DNA of 64,000 bases from Phoronis australis (Eukaryota > Animalia > Phoronida): the NCBI GenBank assembly GCA_002633005.1, contig NMRA01000154.1, forward strand, positions 120,216 to 184,215, given 5' to 3'. The notes under the pieces are model-generated. The model was not told where the DNA came from and ran no database searches. It saw only the letters and a program-made list of their open reading frames with translations. Positions 38,982 to 52,214 of the stretch are shown here, one piece after another. Within the stretch, counting starts at the first letter, position 1. Every line of letters begins with the position of its first letter. The translations under genes and the position numbers were made by a program.

Positions 38982-40363
38982 GTAAGTTGATGCATGCGTT
39001 TGTAAAGTGACTCACCTTGGTTTGGTTAGAATACAAAAGTGGTGTTTTCTGTTATTAGTTTAGTTTTATTTGAAAGCATGATTTTGAACTAGAATAGACT
39101 TTTTGACCGTATTTTGTATTAAAGTTGATAACCCTGTGGTGAATAATGTAATAGCAATTTTTACAGATTTACTTTTGAATTGCGATTTTTAAAATCAAAA
39201 TACTGTTTTAGATATTCAATGCTAAAACAGGCAACGTTATTCTTAACTGCTAAAATATTTTGTTTAAAATTTATCGAAGTAAATTTTCAATGACACTGAA
39301 GTCACTTTCCAAGCACTGGGGGCTCTCTTTGGGTGCATTACTTTTGTTGGTTTCAATGATTGAAAACCCTGTTATGCACCCCACCTGCATGGTGTCCATG
39401 ATGAAGAGTGGTCTGTGCTTCAAATGTGCTACAGAGAGTCCTGCTCTGAATGAACTAAAGACTTCAACTCGCTGTCCACTTAATGTCCGTTGTCTACTTT
39501 TTAAAACTATTTTACTTGTCACTGGATTGTTTTTTAACTTACAACTTTTTTATCTTGGGACTGGAGAATTTTAAAAGGCAGACTCACGAAGTTTTATTTA
39601 TAATTTTTGGGAAGTATGTCAATTGCTCCAAAACATTATGTTCAAAGGGAGGACTAGGTTATACTTTATGTATAGTGTTTAACATTTTGCTGTTAGTTTT
39701 TGCTGTACATAAGATGTTGTCATGTTAAGGGTTCTTTCATTTTTGAAATATTACCTTTTTACAGTGTGTGAAGCAGAGTTAGTAATCATGGTTACACTGT
39801 TTTTTGTGAAAATTGTATGGCACCTTTGTGTTCACCAAATCATAATTTGGCAACTAACATTCATTGGAAACTGGGCTATAATTGCCGGTTAAGCCCCGTT
39901 CACACTTTCACTAAGTTAAGTCGGCGACTGAAAGGAAAGGTGTTGTTTATCATCCTGTGATGTCACGGTCTAGTCTAGTGTCCAGTTGATGTTGTTATTG
40001 AAATTCATTTTAAAACTCCCCAGGGTCTATAAATGTGTTCACAAATAGTGAAAAATCTCCAGAGAAATTTACAAAGTGATAGATTTGACATCTAGCCAAA
40101 CTTTGCGATTTGTCACTGACTGCCCACATACTGTTATGATGTCACAAAAGACACACCTGACGATTATGCAGAACTGGTCTTCAAAAAACGAAAATTTATT
40201 ACTGAATGGCAGTTAAGTACATTGGAGGAAGACACAAAATTTAGTAGTACAAAGATCATCATTTTTAGTTGCTGTGTTAGAGGGGCTTAAGAGTTGAGTG
40301 GCGAGTGAGTTATGCGCATGTCCTGCCTGTTGTTAGTTGTCACTGCATGCTTACTGCTTTCAG

Positions 40364-40564
40364 CAACGAGTCATCACATGTTGAGCAGAACACCCCACCC
40401 TCATCACCGGTGAAAACACCTACACTGACACGCCCCAGACTGGAGGAAGATGGCGAGCGAGATAATGCCAAAATGTCGCTGTCCAACAACACACAGAAAC
40501 ACAGCCGCACAGCACACTTTATTGCCTTGTATGATCCTAAACTTCAGCTCGGCGCCAAAAAGAT
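40364..40564 (+). CDS. MYO9: Myo9 loop-2 exon, 201 nt (NESSHVEQNTPPSSPVKTP...)
   Basis: tttcag / gtatgt; phase 2-2; open frame. Confidence 0.75.
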
Positions 40565-41869
40565 GTATGTTTGACGCTTCTGCAATTTTTTCTTCTCGTC
40601 AACAGAAATTATGCTGTCACTTTTTAAAACAAACAATTCAACCAGAACATTTAGTTTTATCTCAGAACCTTTTTACACTGATGTCAAACTGCACGGGCAC
40701 TATGGACATCTACCACACTTAGTTTTCAATTTCTCCAATGTGTGGCGCTCTATGCAGTTGCTTTGTTCTCTGAAGGGCTGCTTCTTATTGAATGCAGCGA
40801 CACAGAGTGGTGAGACTGTGAACTAGTCTTGATGGAAACAGTTTGGTTTCCACTTATGGTTTTACTTTTCTGCTAAAGAGATCTAGGACAATTGTCTAAT
40901 GAGAGGCTATCCGCCCATTTAGATGCTTTCCCTGGACGTATGTTTGAAAATTCAAATCTGGACTTCGCCAGCTCTTACCGGATGAGACTGTGTTTGTAGC
41001 TGGTCAAAAGACAGCTTGTATCACGAATTGTACAAACAGTACTTAAACAAGCAAACACTTTGTGTCTCAGACTCCTGACAAACCTAGTTTTTAAATAGAA
41101 TGTTGTACTAAAATATAGTTTCAATAGTTGACTCATTTACATGTTCACTACACTCATGTCCTAAAGTGCGAGTGACCTTATCCTGTTCCCTTGGTCACAG
41201 TAGTCATTCCTCCCAAAGCATGCATGTTTATTGGTTGCTTGGTTACAGTTGTTTATTGTTTGCTTGGTTACAGTTGTGCATTGTCTAATAACAGATCCTG
41301 GGGCGCGTTTCATAGACGCAAGATATGTGACACTTTCAGCAAAAAATCTTTTGTTATTGAATAGAAAATGTTTTTGTTCCCATAATTCAACATTCCAGCT
41401 TCGCCGACCAATCAGTTGTCTTTGAGTCTGTAGCTCATTTGCAAAACACTTTCTTTTTACCTAATGTGTGATTTTGTGTCATCTTACGTGTTCTCGCTTT
41501 TCACACGAGAAACTTGCTGTATGCAACGCTGGCCATCATGGTCGTTCTGATGATTGTAGTCTTGGTTTTTAAAAACCGGTGTTATTTTGTGTGTTTTTTG
41601 AGATTTTTTTATTGTATGTCCTGCATTCATTCTTTGACGCAACTGTTGTTGGATTGATTGTGTCTTCGATAATTTTTCAAAAATCATTTTATTTCTGTCA
41701 TCTTGAGTGCAAGTACTTTCTGAATTTTTTTAATCTCCTTTTTAATTATTTTTTTTTCTCTTGAAGTCATGCCTGTGTTACTGAGGTTCTTCAAGATGAG
41801 TTTGGTTTTTCAATTTCCATCAGTCTAACCTCTGCTCTTCATTTCTTCTTGTTATGTCTGAATTTTCAG

Positions 41870-41906
41870 AAAGAACAAGTCTTTCAGACCAAAGACAAGA
41901 AACAAG
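41870..41906 (+). CDS. MYO9: Myo9 short exon (KNKSFRPKTRNK)
   Basis: tttcag / gtaaag; conserved class IX loop-2 basic motif. Confidence 0.85.
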
Positions 41907-42373
41907 GTAAAGTTGTTGTTAACTAACCTGGTGTCAAGTTGACATGTTATAGTAATGGTCTGTCTGAGAAAAATTTGTTTTCGCTTTTCAATTTTGCAAA
42001 AGATCTGGGCTGATAAACCCATTTCTCTTTTGCTGACCAAGAAATATTCACTTTATGCAAAATACCGTGAACTGCAATACTGTTCATATCAAACTGTTTT
42101 TTGATCGCCCTGTCCTTTTTTGGAAGGATCTGTGTATGAGTTCATTTACACATCAGGGGCGTTTCCTCTACCTTACCAATACAATTACTTCGTTGAATTT
42201 CCTTTGATCGCTAATGCGGAATATAGTGGTCATGTGAACAACTAAACAAAACTGTATAACACCTATGTCCTTGCCTACTTAGTGTTGTGAGTGACCTGAA
42301 CAATGTTATTCACTATTTAATGTAACAATGATAATGCCACAGACTGTTTATTTTCCATTCCTGTGGTCATCAG

Positions 42374-42478
42374 GGTCTTCGAGATCTGAAGAGCTGGCGG
42401 TCAGCAGCTGGCCAGGGCATTCATGGGGGGCCTGGGAGAAACAAGAAACAAGCACCTAGTGTGGGGTCACAGTTCCAG
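42374..42478 (+). CDS. MYO9: Myo9 exon, end of loop 2 (GLRDLK...KKQAPSVGSQFQ)
   Basis: catcag / gtgagc; phase 0-0. Confidence 0.9.
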
Positions 42479-42848
42479 GTGAGCTCATGTGTATGGCTGT
42501 TTTAGGATACATCTAGTGGCAAAGGAGGGAGCCACTTGCAGCAATTGACTTATTCTTGCAAACTAAGCTATAAATTAATTGCATTGAACATTTCCCAGGC
42601 ACTTTTAGGAATTTGTCCCTTTTGTTTTTGTTAGTGATTAAAATTATTGATCATTGGTCTTCATTTAACTGTTGAAGCTCCCAGCATTGTAATATTTTTC
42701 ATATTTTGACCTGTTGCCTATAAAATATTGTAAGTTTGTGTATAGAAAGTATTCGATATCACCTCTTCAGTTTGGAGCATTCAGTAATTGACAACTTGAT
42801 TATTGTTTATCATGTAAGCTCGTTATAATCTTCTCTTACTGTTTACAG

Positions 42849-42929
42849 CAATCACTGTCTGACTTGATGGTTGCTCTGAACAAGGCCAACCCATTCTTTG
42901 TCCGCTGCATAAAGTCTAATGTAGAAAAG
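42849..42929 (+). CDS. MYO9: Myo9 exon (QSLSDLMVALNKANPFFVRCIKSN)
   Basis: ttacag / gtatga; PxFVRCIK motif. Confidence 0.95.
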
Positions 42930-43521
42930 GTATGATGTTTGACGTGGCTTTTAATGGGCGGTCGCAAGTTTATTATACATAGAGCTTCTAAAAACGTGTT
43001 CATTAGATAAACTGATATGGATTGCAGTTGATCATTATATAGTTTCCAGATTAAGTCTACTAACTGTAGACATTGGGAAATAATGAAATTAAAATTGAGG
43101 ATCATTGTTGGTACTTAATGTCGGAATGAAGTGTCTGTTGGGCAACAGTCACTTACAAGGGCTTGGATTTGAGAACCAGTTTGGCATTGGTTATTCAATG
43201 GAGAAAACTGGTTCGGAAAATGCAGGACCCCCCATATGTGACTACTACAGTCTGTTGTAGGTAACTCAGATGGTAGAACTTCAGTCGCAGATTCGGAAAT
43301 TTGTATCCCACGGTTCTTGTTATGATGTACTCTATTTTACTCTCACTGTCTTGTTTACTTGCCATTTACTTTGGACGCATGTCCACTGACTTAGGTATAG
43401 CTGACTGAATTCTGTAAACTTGTCAAGAACGTGGCTGACTCTTTCTTGAGCATTGTACTCAGTTGACATGGAAACATGTCTATTTATTATACTAACTCTT
43501 TTACTGTGTTGTAATTTTCAG

Positions 43522-43632
43522 GCAGCTTTGTGTTTTGACGATCAGATCATCATGCGCCAGCTGCGATACACTGGGATGTTGGCCACAGTGAAGATACGAC
43601 AGTCAGGCTACAACTATAGGTTGTCTTTTGAA
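43522..43632 (+). CDS. MYO9: Myo9 exon, SH1/SH2 helix ([18 protein letters not shown])
   Basis: tttcag / gtaagt. Confidence 0.95.
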
Positions 43633-44245
43633 GTAAGTTGAAGCAACAGTCTAGTTTGTGACGCCTCAATGATTTTCAATGAAAGGGCCTAAGAATCTAG
43701 AGAGTTTTAGTCATCTAGTTTTTATTGCAGTTATTATTTTAAGTGGTAATTGTAATAATTGTTTTAAGCAATCATTTTCGCTGTGGCACAGAAAGCTTGA
43801 TATTGGAAAGTCACTATAGGTTGCCCAATTTTTGCAAATCTCGAGGACTTGGTGAAAATGTGTCCATTCCAAACGAAAATATCTGAAGTAGCAATAATTT
43901 ACTGGTGTCTGAGATTTTAGATTGGATGTTTGGTGCAACGTGATTCAGTTAGAAAAAACATTTTTCAGTTTTGTCTACTCTGTAACAAAATGCGGTGCCC
44001 TGAATTATAGAAACACGATGACCGCGGAACTTGACGGCATCACATTAATCTGACGAATTATCGCAATGATGTCATGACCAGATGGATGGTTGTTAACCTA
44101 GCATGAAAATGGTAATAAAAGATAGCTTTTGGCTTTATTTTTAACTTGTTGACATAAAAATGTCCACGTCACCCTTGAAGCCAGAATGATCTCCCCTGTT
44201 GTTGAGAGCTGGTCTCCCTTTGATGTGTTTGTCTCCCCTGTGCAG

Positions 44246-44368
44246 GAGTTCATCCACCAGTACAAGATCTTGCTACCCAAAGGTCTGGTGAGCTCCAAGG
44301 AGGATGTGCGGGACTTTCTACTGTGGCTACAGCTCAACAGTGACAACTATCAGTTGGGAAAGTCAAAA
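44246..44368 (+). CDS. MYO9: Myo9 converter exon (EFIHQYKILL...YQLGKSK)
   Basis: gtgcag / gtgagt. Confidence 0.95.
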
Positions 44369-45076
44369 GTGAGTGTCTCGTTCAGCTTGTTGACTAGCTG
44401 GCGCTACAGGCTATTGCCAACATCATAGTTGATGTCAGCACTCGTAATTCTTGGCATTAAACACTCTGGTTGACGCCAAAAGTAACTGCAGTGTGGTCCA
44501 GATTTCTGTCATGACCGGTAAATCAGCTATTATTAAATGAAAAAATGAAGATTGACAGCATCTCAGTTTGACTCCTTTTGGCAAACCACACTAACGCAAA
44601 CTCATTTTGTTTTGATTGACTTTCCACATAAAGCTAAATCATCATGAGAGACCGTCTGGAGTTGGTATATGGTGCAACTCCGGATGGTCAGGGGTCAACA
44701 GAAAACCACAGTTCAACTGTGAGTCTACGCCAATGTGATAAACGTTTAGTTCTACTTGCTGTGTCAGCTGCAGGTATGCTTATCTCTTTTATGACACACA
44801 ATGTGTGACTGGGCAAAGCGTTTTCAAAATAATGTGGATAAATCAGTGGAGTGTGAGACCCCTGAGGTCCCTGCCAAGTCCTCACGACAATTCTACCTTA
44901 TGTTATGCCATAATAGCAAATATTCTATGATTATTTCCCCTTGCTTTATTCTCTACTTTGATTGGTTGACATCCCAGCTAAAACATGCAGAGGGCAATGG
45001 CAAACTTGGCGTTGATTCCACCATGTCATTGTAAGATGCTCGATGACTTGCTGCAATGTTAACAAACTATTCAATC

Positions 45077-45360
45077 TGTGACTGGCTGCCCTGAAAGGTT
45101 GCCATCATTGTAAAACATTATGTGACTGTAATACATGGACTGCCCTCAAAAGATATTATTATAAAACATTCTGTAACTGGCTGCCCTCAGAGGATGTCAT
45201 TGTAAAGTATTTAGTAATTGGATGCCTTCAAATGATGTCTTTGTAAAACATCCTGTGATTGGTTGCCTTTAAAGGATGTCATTGTAAAACATTCTATGAC
45301 TGGCTGCCCTTCTTCCATGTCACTGTTCGCACTCTGTGATTGGCTGTCTGTAGGTGTTCC
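45077..45360 (+). repeat. ~41-bp degenerate minisatellite x~7 ending at an exon acceptor
   Basis: Unit tgtgactggctgccct..aggatgtcattgtaaaacattc; last copy contains tgtctgtag|gtg. Confidence 0.85.
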
Positions 45361-45503
45361 TGCGTGAGACAGAGAAGACTCTATTAGACAATGCCCTGCA
45401 CCAGGCCCTGATGCAACGAATTGTCAAGATCCAGAGATGGCTCAGGGCCAAGTTGGAGCGGAGGAAATACCTGTCTATGATAGAGGCCTCCGTTAAAATA
45501 CAG
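45354..45503 (+). CDS. MYO9: Myo9 exon, end of motor + IQ1 (VFLR...IQRWLRAKLERRKY)
   Basis: ctgtag / gtgaga. Confidence 0.93.
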
Positions 45504-45892
45504 GTGAGAGACACTGCCTGAGGAGATAATCACACCTGCTCAAGCCTCGTATTACACAAGTTTTCACAAATGTAGCCGTTATGTTCTGCTCTTAAAACGA
45601 ATGGAATTACAGAGCAAAATGTTCACTTGATAGTTTTTTTGTGAGATTTTTCAGTTGCTTGCAGTTGGATTTCCTTATGTTTTTCCATTTAACTTTAACA
45701 TCATATTTTGATGAGATTTCCCGACTTCAAAGAATATGAGGTATTTATCCAACATGTCAAACATTGATTTTGAACTATGAATGATGCCTTTTAGATTAAA
45801 ATAATTAGGAGTGAACTGTGGTCTTAAAAACGATGATGCCATCGGTTCTCGTAAAAAATTGTCAAAATAGTTTGGGATCCACTCTTACTCAG

Positions 45893-46074
45893 GCGTACAC
45901 ACGAGGGTTGATAGCCAAGCGCAAGTATCATGCCATGAAGGATGTGGTTAACAGGGTAGTCATGATCCAGCGCTGGTATCGGCAGATGAAGATACAACGT
46001 CAACAGGTGGCGCTGGAGAGCAAATCCGCGGTCATCATACAATGTTGTTTCAGGGCGTGGCTAGCTAGGTCAAG
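45893..46074 (+). CDS. MYO9: Myo9 exon, IQ2-IQ4
   Basis: actcag / gtcagt; IQAYTRG, IQRWYR, IQCCFR. Confidence 0.9.
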
Positions 46075-46115
46075 GTCAGTAGCTGTGTGAGATTGAAATG
46101 TTGACATTGATCTTC

Positions 46116-47302
46116 AATAGCTCACTTGCGAGTTTCTCGTTAGTCACTGTGACGTCACCGGAAAGGGGGCAAAACCCGCCATATTGCTCTTGTTTTGCCC
46201 CGAGTCTTTGCTACACAAGCTAAAACTTACTGGAGTTCTTATGGTGAATTTTACGCTTAAAACGTTAAAACAACTTAAGATATGGTAGATGGACCGTGGA
46301 ATAACTGTGAATGGACGAAGAAAATGTGAACTTGTTATGTTGTGCGAAGCTGTGAACGGACTGAAATTGGAACTTAACCCGCTCTAGGCCTGAATGCCAC
46401 AGGCATACAGGGGCGATAGTGTATCCCCATAAAAAGATATTCACTTCAAAATACAGCAAATAAAATCAAGTGAAACATGCATATGTGCACATGAAGTTAT
46501 AATTAACACATACCCTGACCCTGGACACAATTTAGTCTACAAATAAAACTTGAGCATATCCATGAAAACCTCGCGGTTCTCTCGAGTTTCTCTCACTGGC
46601 CGCCATTTTGAGGAAGTTACGTGAAATCACGCCTGTTGATGAACAAAAAGTCCAAGGGACACAAATCTTACAAATTTCACTTGATAATTATTTTCTCATG
46701 CTATTTTGCAAGTGTCACGCGCCAGGTCACGCGCCAGATCTCGCGCTTCGCTCAGTCGCTAGCCTTTGCCTCATACTCAACTGACTCAGTTGAAATACTT
46801 AATTGTGGTTATCGCGCGCGCGGACAAAGTTAACAGTAACCACAAAGTGGAGTTGGACTTCTTTGCCAACGTCACCTGAATTCCCGTATATATGCTTCAT
46901 CGAAGATATGTTTAGAAGCAGAAAGAGTCACTGAAGAAAGTAAGAGCCTTTTAGGTGGTAATTTTAGGTGTAGAATGTATTTTTGACGAGGTGAAAACTT
47001 GATCAGTGAGCGGATTTCGCCTACCACCGGTACCGCCCGTTTAAAATACACGGGACGAAATTAGTACAGAACGCGATAGAACGTATTGTAGTGCGAATCT
47101 GAATTTCATTTGCCATAACAGCAATGCTTTTTGGACATTTTTCGAACTAAACGGCTAAAAACTCGAAGACAATAACAGAATACACTCTGCTACCGTATTG
47201 GGCAAATGACCAAACGACAAGCTTTTGCCCCACTTCCCGTGACGTCACAGTTAAGTCTCACATAATCTCGCGTTATTGTTACTAACTCACAAAAGGCCTA
47301 TT
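46116..47302. mobile_element. ~1.2-kb non-autonomous TIR element (AATAG...CTATT ends)
   Basis: Subterminal IR ctgtgacgtcac.ggaa..ggggcaaaa at ~46148 and ~47223-47250; internal piece repeated at 905-1020. Confidence 0.75.
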
Positions 47303-48294
47303 GCTGTCTAAGTTTTACGGACGCCGCTGATACAAAAGGCAATTTCAGCTTCGCCTTGGACTTCGATTCTAAATAAAAGAGTGCTTGTTTATTTCCTAGT
47401 TAGTAAGACCTTCATTTTCAACCAGAGAGAAATGTGATTGTTTCATTTTCATCCTTACTAAAACAAAGTTCATTTACATTCTGAGTCAAATGCCCATTTN
47501 TGGCTCAAATCAAGTTGCCCATGACTTGATTAATGGCTTAGTGAACATATTGCACTCTGTTCACTGGCAATATGGGCTTTTTTGTATTTCGATAAGTTAG
47601 GATATATGCCAATTGCATTTTTTTGAGTTTTGATTTCTTTGAAGATGTGTTCGGTTGAAGTAACCAACCTGTCAACATTAACAGGTCAAAAAATACCACC
47701 CATTTTTAATGCATCACTTCCTACAGGAACGACCACCCATAATTTGATTTTTTTTCTGAAGACCACCACCCATGAATTTTTATTTCTACTGCCGTCCCCC
47801 CCCCTCCCACACGGATTTTACTGGAACAGCCCTAAACAAAAATAACTACCAAAATTTGTTTTTTCAAAAGTATTTGACATTGTTTTGAATAGGTGCAGTA
47901 TTAAAAACATTGTCTAGTGGTAGCTCAGTTATAGAACTGACTTCGCTTTTGTTTTTTTGTCACCGATGAAAAAGTGAAAAATATTTCATTTGTCCGCCAT
48001 ATTGTGTTCTAATTTGGTGAGATTTTGTCTAATATACTAGATACATCCTCATTTTACTGTGTATACTAGATGCATCTCTCATTTTGCACCGTAAAGTAAT
48101 ACGTTGGTGATTTAACTAGCATACACTTTATTGGCGCAGATGTCTTGAATTTGAGCAAGTGTTAAGTAAGTAAGTAGAAAGTTATCTCTTTTGTGTTTTT
48201 TGTATTAAGTTTTGACGTGAGTCATAGCATCATTCTTGAGCGATAGCTTCATTTCCTTCCTAAGTGATTTTTTGTTTTCTAACCATCCTATTAG

Positions 48295-48507
48295 GTACGA
48301 CGATCTGGTAAACCAGCGCCACCTGGAGTTGGAGTATAAAGCCCAGCTGGAACGAGAACAGGCAGCTGCTGCCAACGAAAGTATTGATCTACATTCCACG
48401 ACTAGCGACGAGGGCATACTGGCCAATAAAGACTCCAGCTCAGAGGAGCTCCTCGACTCGGAGATCCATCAGATACAGGATCACATAGACAGAAGGGAAT
48501 CTGAAGG
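48295..48507 (+). CDS. MYO9: Myo9 proximal tail exon
   Basis: tattag / gtacaa; phase 2-2; open frame. Confidence 0.8.
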
Positions 48508-48905
48508 GTACAATCTGCATCTTGAGTATAACTGTGGTCAATCTCGGCAAACATTTGTTTTTTATTTGAACCTGTGATTAAAGCAATACGTTACTAGTCG
48601 TAGGTTCACGTGTGTTTTTGAGACTTTTTATTGGCTAACCTGGAAGTGATTGAATTTATAGTAATTTTAATTAACTCCGATAGAGGCCCTCTTGAACATT
48701 GGCCAAGGGTTAGACAAGCCTGTAAATGGAGATTCCTGCTGCCTGTCTATGCTGGGCTTGGATTGCCTTCATATGAAAGAGGCCCAGTTTCCTGTTGCAG
48801 TCATTACAGTGACTAAGCTCTCTAATGAGAGTTCCTTACAGTTGTGTCCGCCTATCACTGGCCTTGTAGTCCCACTTCTAATGTCTGCTCCATATCCCAT
48901 TTCAG

Positions 48906-49088
48906 AAGCAGTGGATTCCCTGAAGACACGCACGATCATATGACCATGAGCGCACAGTACATGACTCCTCCCACCTCACCTATTATGGAAATGACTGGCA
49001 GGCCGACACTAGACATGACCCCACCCTCGTCACCTGTTACAGAACTGAGTCAAAAGCGCTCACTAGACATGACTGACTCTCAAGCAGA
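48906..49088 (+). CDS. MYO9: Myo9 tail exon with internal 18-aa repeat (MTPPxSP)
   Basis: tttcag / gtaggt; phase 2-2. Confidence 0.75.
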
Positions 49089-49367
49089 GTAGGTGTAGTT
49101 GCAGCATGACTACTCCAAATGCAGCCATTGCCACTTAAGTTGTTCATTAGGGGGCCGTGTGCCATCAGTACACTTCTGCTCTATGATATTATGCCACAAA
49201 TTCATCAAAAGTTCTTGTATCTTAATTTGAGATGAGTCTTGTTGAACACGACGTTCCATTTGTTTTTAATGGCCTTAATTTAATATTTGTTCGAAGATGA
49301 CATTCGTTAAACACACAGTAGTGATTATTGATCTTGTGTTAATTCCATCGCATTTTCTTCTTTGTAG

Positions 49368-49422
49368 CGACAAAGTGTTGTCACCGCAGGACGAGAAAAG
49401 TCTTCGAGAAGCTCTGAGATTG
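49368..49422 (+). CDS. MYO9: Myo9 tail exon (DKVLSPQDEKSLREALRL)
   Basis: ttgtag / gtatgt; phase 2 to 0. Confidence 0.75.
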
Positions 49423-49591
49423 GTATGTTATGTAATCGTTAAGACTTCAAATTACAGACAAATTTCTCTAACAATAAACCTACAGTCCATTCTCAAGCAA
49501 GTGCACAGCCTTTTGTTTACTTTTTCTGTTGCATCACTGACACTATGACATTAATTATGAGACTTAAATTGCAAAGTTGTGTTAACAGCTT

Positions 49592-50368
49592 CAGGGCTTG
49601 ATTTAGGCACCGACAGCTCACCAGTGCCACCACTGGATTGGTGTGGCACGCTCAGCTTGGCAAAAATCCCACGTCGCCACAGAGTCGTCAGATTTCTGCA
49701 CGTTGCATTAGACGCAGATTGTAGTTAAGTTTGAAGCAATCGGATAAAGAAGAATTCACTTGCCAATTGCTTTGAAATTTGCGGTAATTTCCAAACCTCA
49801 AAGATGAGTAACATTTTTCCCAAATACAATTATACATTTGGTTTACAACAATTTTCCTGTAATCAGTGTCTGCCACTCTGACTCAGGACTCGTCCGAGCA
49901 TGCGTTCAAACTACAACAGGAAATAAACAGATAGAAACTGCAATTGTTGGGCTAAACCAGTTGCCAGTCCCATAGACACAATACACAAGACACAAAAGTT
50001 AAAGATTGCGTCAGTATTTGCAAGATATCTCGTACAAGCAAAGCATGCGATCACACTAGCATTGCTCGCAAAACTCCTGTAGCTACGAAAATCGGCCTAG
50101 GCAGGGCCCGACCATTCCGCATGTGCAAACAATGTTTTTGCCTGCTTACTCCTTAGCCTATAAGAGTTGAACCGGAAATGGGCATAATTTTTTTCGGTCG
50201 CCCGCCACATCAAACCCTCCCGTTCCATTTTTTTAATTGATCGTCATTTTGTGAATCTCTGGACTGTCTCACCGCTGTACTTGGGCAAGTTCTTTTCCCA
50301 TTTGGCAACCTGGGAATTTTGCCAGGTCGCGTTTAGCGAGTTGACGTTCTGCTAAGCATCGAGCCCTG
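49592..50368. mobile_element. hAT-like MITE, CAGGGCT(T/C)GAT termini
   Basis: cagggcttgat ... atcgagccctg; TSD not recognisable. Confidence 0.65.
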
Positions 50369-51030
50369 ATGATGCTGTTATTATGGGATGTGAAATTATC
50401 ATTTATCGACTTTTTTCCAGTTCATTCTCTTTCATCCTTTCTTACCTCCAGTAACAAAAAACTCGAAACAATCCCGTGCCAAGAGGTGCAAACATCAAGT
50501 TGAGGATTTCAGTGCAGTTGCCGACCAATTGTAACAGACGTGTGTTTTCAATAGTAACGGTAATAACAGGAATGAAGAATTGAAAATTCATAAAACTGTT
50601 CCTGTAACATTTTTTTTCTTCTGAACAGATTCACTCTTTTCATTGCTTTTAGAACTGCCATTTTTATCAGTATCCGTCAGGACTCTATCAGATCTCATAA
50701 CGTGTTGAATTGTGCTTTCAAATTGATAAATGTGCCTGCTTTTAATAGGAATAAACATTGCTTTAAAGTCTCTAATGAGACGTGCTTTAGGGACATCAAC
50801 ATTTATGTTTCACATAAGTGTCCTGCTTACTGATATTCTCCTACAACTGGAACTCTTCTTCTAAAACTTGAAGAGTGCATTTTAGTGGCTTCAGTTTGCA
50901 GAAAATATCTCAAATGAGTGAATGTCTAATATGCATGTGATTAAAAATACTGCATTTACTCAAACAGAGATGACATCAGATTCTATTTTTGACAATCCTT
51001 AGCCTATTTATTCCTTGTGATTTTTACGGA

Positions 51031-51091
51031 TAGAGAGAGGGAGGGGGGAGGGAGGGAGGAAGAGAGAGAGAGAGAGATAGATAGAGAGAGA
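51031..51091. repeat. Polypurine (GA)n/(GGGA)n microsatellite
   Basis: Direct reading. Confidence 0.9.
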
Positions 51092-51840
51092 ATTCACATG
51101 GGGAACAGTTTATTTCCTGCAGAGGGAAGAAATGACATCTGCTCCTGTAGGGTGGGCACCCATTGGTTTTCCTTTCTCCGTCTATAGATCTTGCCGAGTA
51201 CACAACTACGTGCTAATCAGTCTGCGTCACTTGCTGACAACTTTCCAAATTCACGTCCAGTTGTCTGCTCCCATCGTTTAATTGCGCCCACAACATGCCA
51301 CATTTATAGAGCCTTGGCTAGTACTTGAATTCAGTCCTTGAAAAAATCTTAATTTTCTACAAATTACAAGTAACTATTACTCTTTTATATTGAGACTAAT
51401 GTTCTATTACTGATTAGAAGGCCTTACTTTACTATGAAAAAGGTCGAATCAAAACTCAAAAACTGTATGAAATCTCATTCTTTTATGACCGTCTTCATTA
51501 TGCCATGTTGAAGCAACTAAAACCTAACTTGTAGGTGATTGGGTGTAAAAGTACCCACCAACAGGTGTAAAAGTTACCTGCTGCCCTTTAAATTTGTGTA
51601 CACCCATCCCCTCCTCCTTATGATCCGTATTCTTCACTTAACTAACGTATGTTTACATCCACCTTATACTTTTATATCTGTCTCTCCTGGACCCACACTT
51701 GTGTGTATGTTAGTGCGAACATGGTTATGTCAACATCCCTTTCCTTGCCTGCCAGCTCTCTACTGTATGGAGATAACAACACTCGTGCTCTCAGCTTCGT
51801 TAGTTGACCCGCTTCCACACTTCGCTCTCTCTCCCTGTAG

Positions 51841-51984
51841 GCCAGTCCACCAGCACAGTCGCAGTCACCGCCGTTACGCCGTACGGTGGCCAAATCTCAG
51901 TCCGCCGAGTCGGTGTTTGGGACTAGGCGTGTTTCAGCACCACTGGCTAAACAAGAGTCTATGTCGGACACGCCCGAAAACGAG
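51841..51984 (+). CDS. MYO9: Myo9 tail exon (ASPPAQSQSPPLRRTV...)
   Basis: Strong pyrimidine tract ctgtag / gtatct; phase 0-0. Confidence 0.75.
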
Positions 51985-52214
51985 GTATCTTCCACTGGGC
52001 CGCTTTTGGTGTAGTCACAAAGTTGGTGTTGTAGTTGCTATCATGGGAGTGCTAAGCTTGCGAACGTTCAAGGCCAGAGCATTAAGACTTGAACTGGGTT
52101 TTTATCTCTGAACTCAAAACAAAGTCTCTGAGAATTTTTCCCCACAAATTTTGTTTTCATCGGAGTCATACTCTCAACGTCAATTTCTGTTAAGAACAAA
52201 ATCTAATCTAGGTA

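Noticed and set aside
41510-41518. Possible 9-nt phase-2 microexon (gag|aaacttgct|gtatgc)
   Set aside because: GAG acceptor is rare and the donor is weak; insufficient support
43255-43320. tRNA/SINE head (gtaactcagatggtagaac); similar at ~47921
   Set aside because: A-box-like only, with no convincing B-box or cloverleaf
38227-47500. Single N bases at 38227 and 47500
   Set aside because: Assembly ambiguity or contig joins, not biology; they could hide missing sequence in those introns
51539-52111. 190-aa ORF
   Set aside because: Off-frame overlap of the true exon 51841-51984 plus intron sequence
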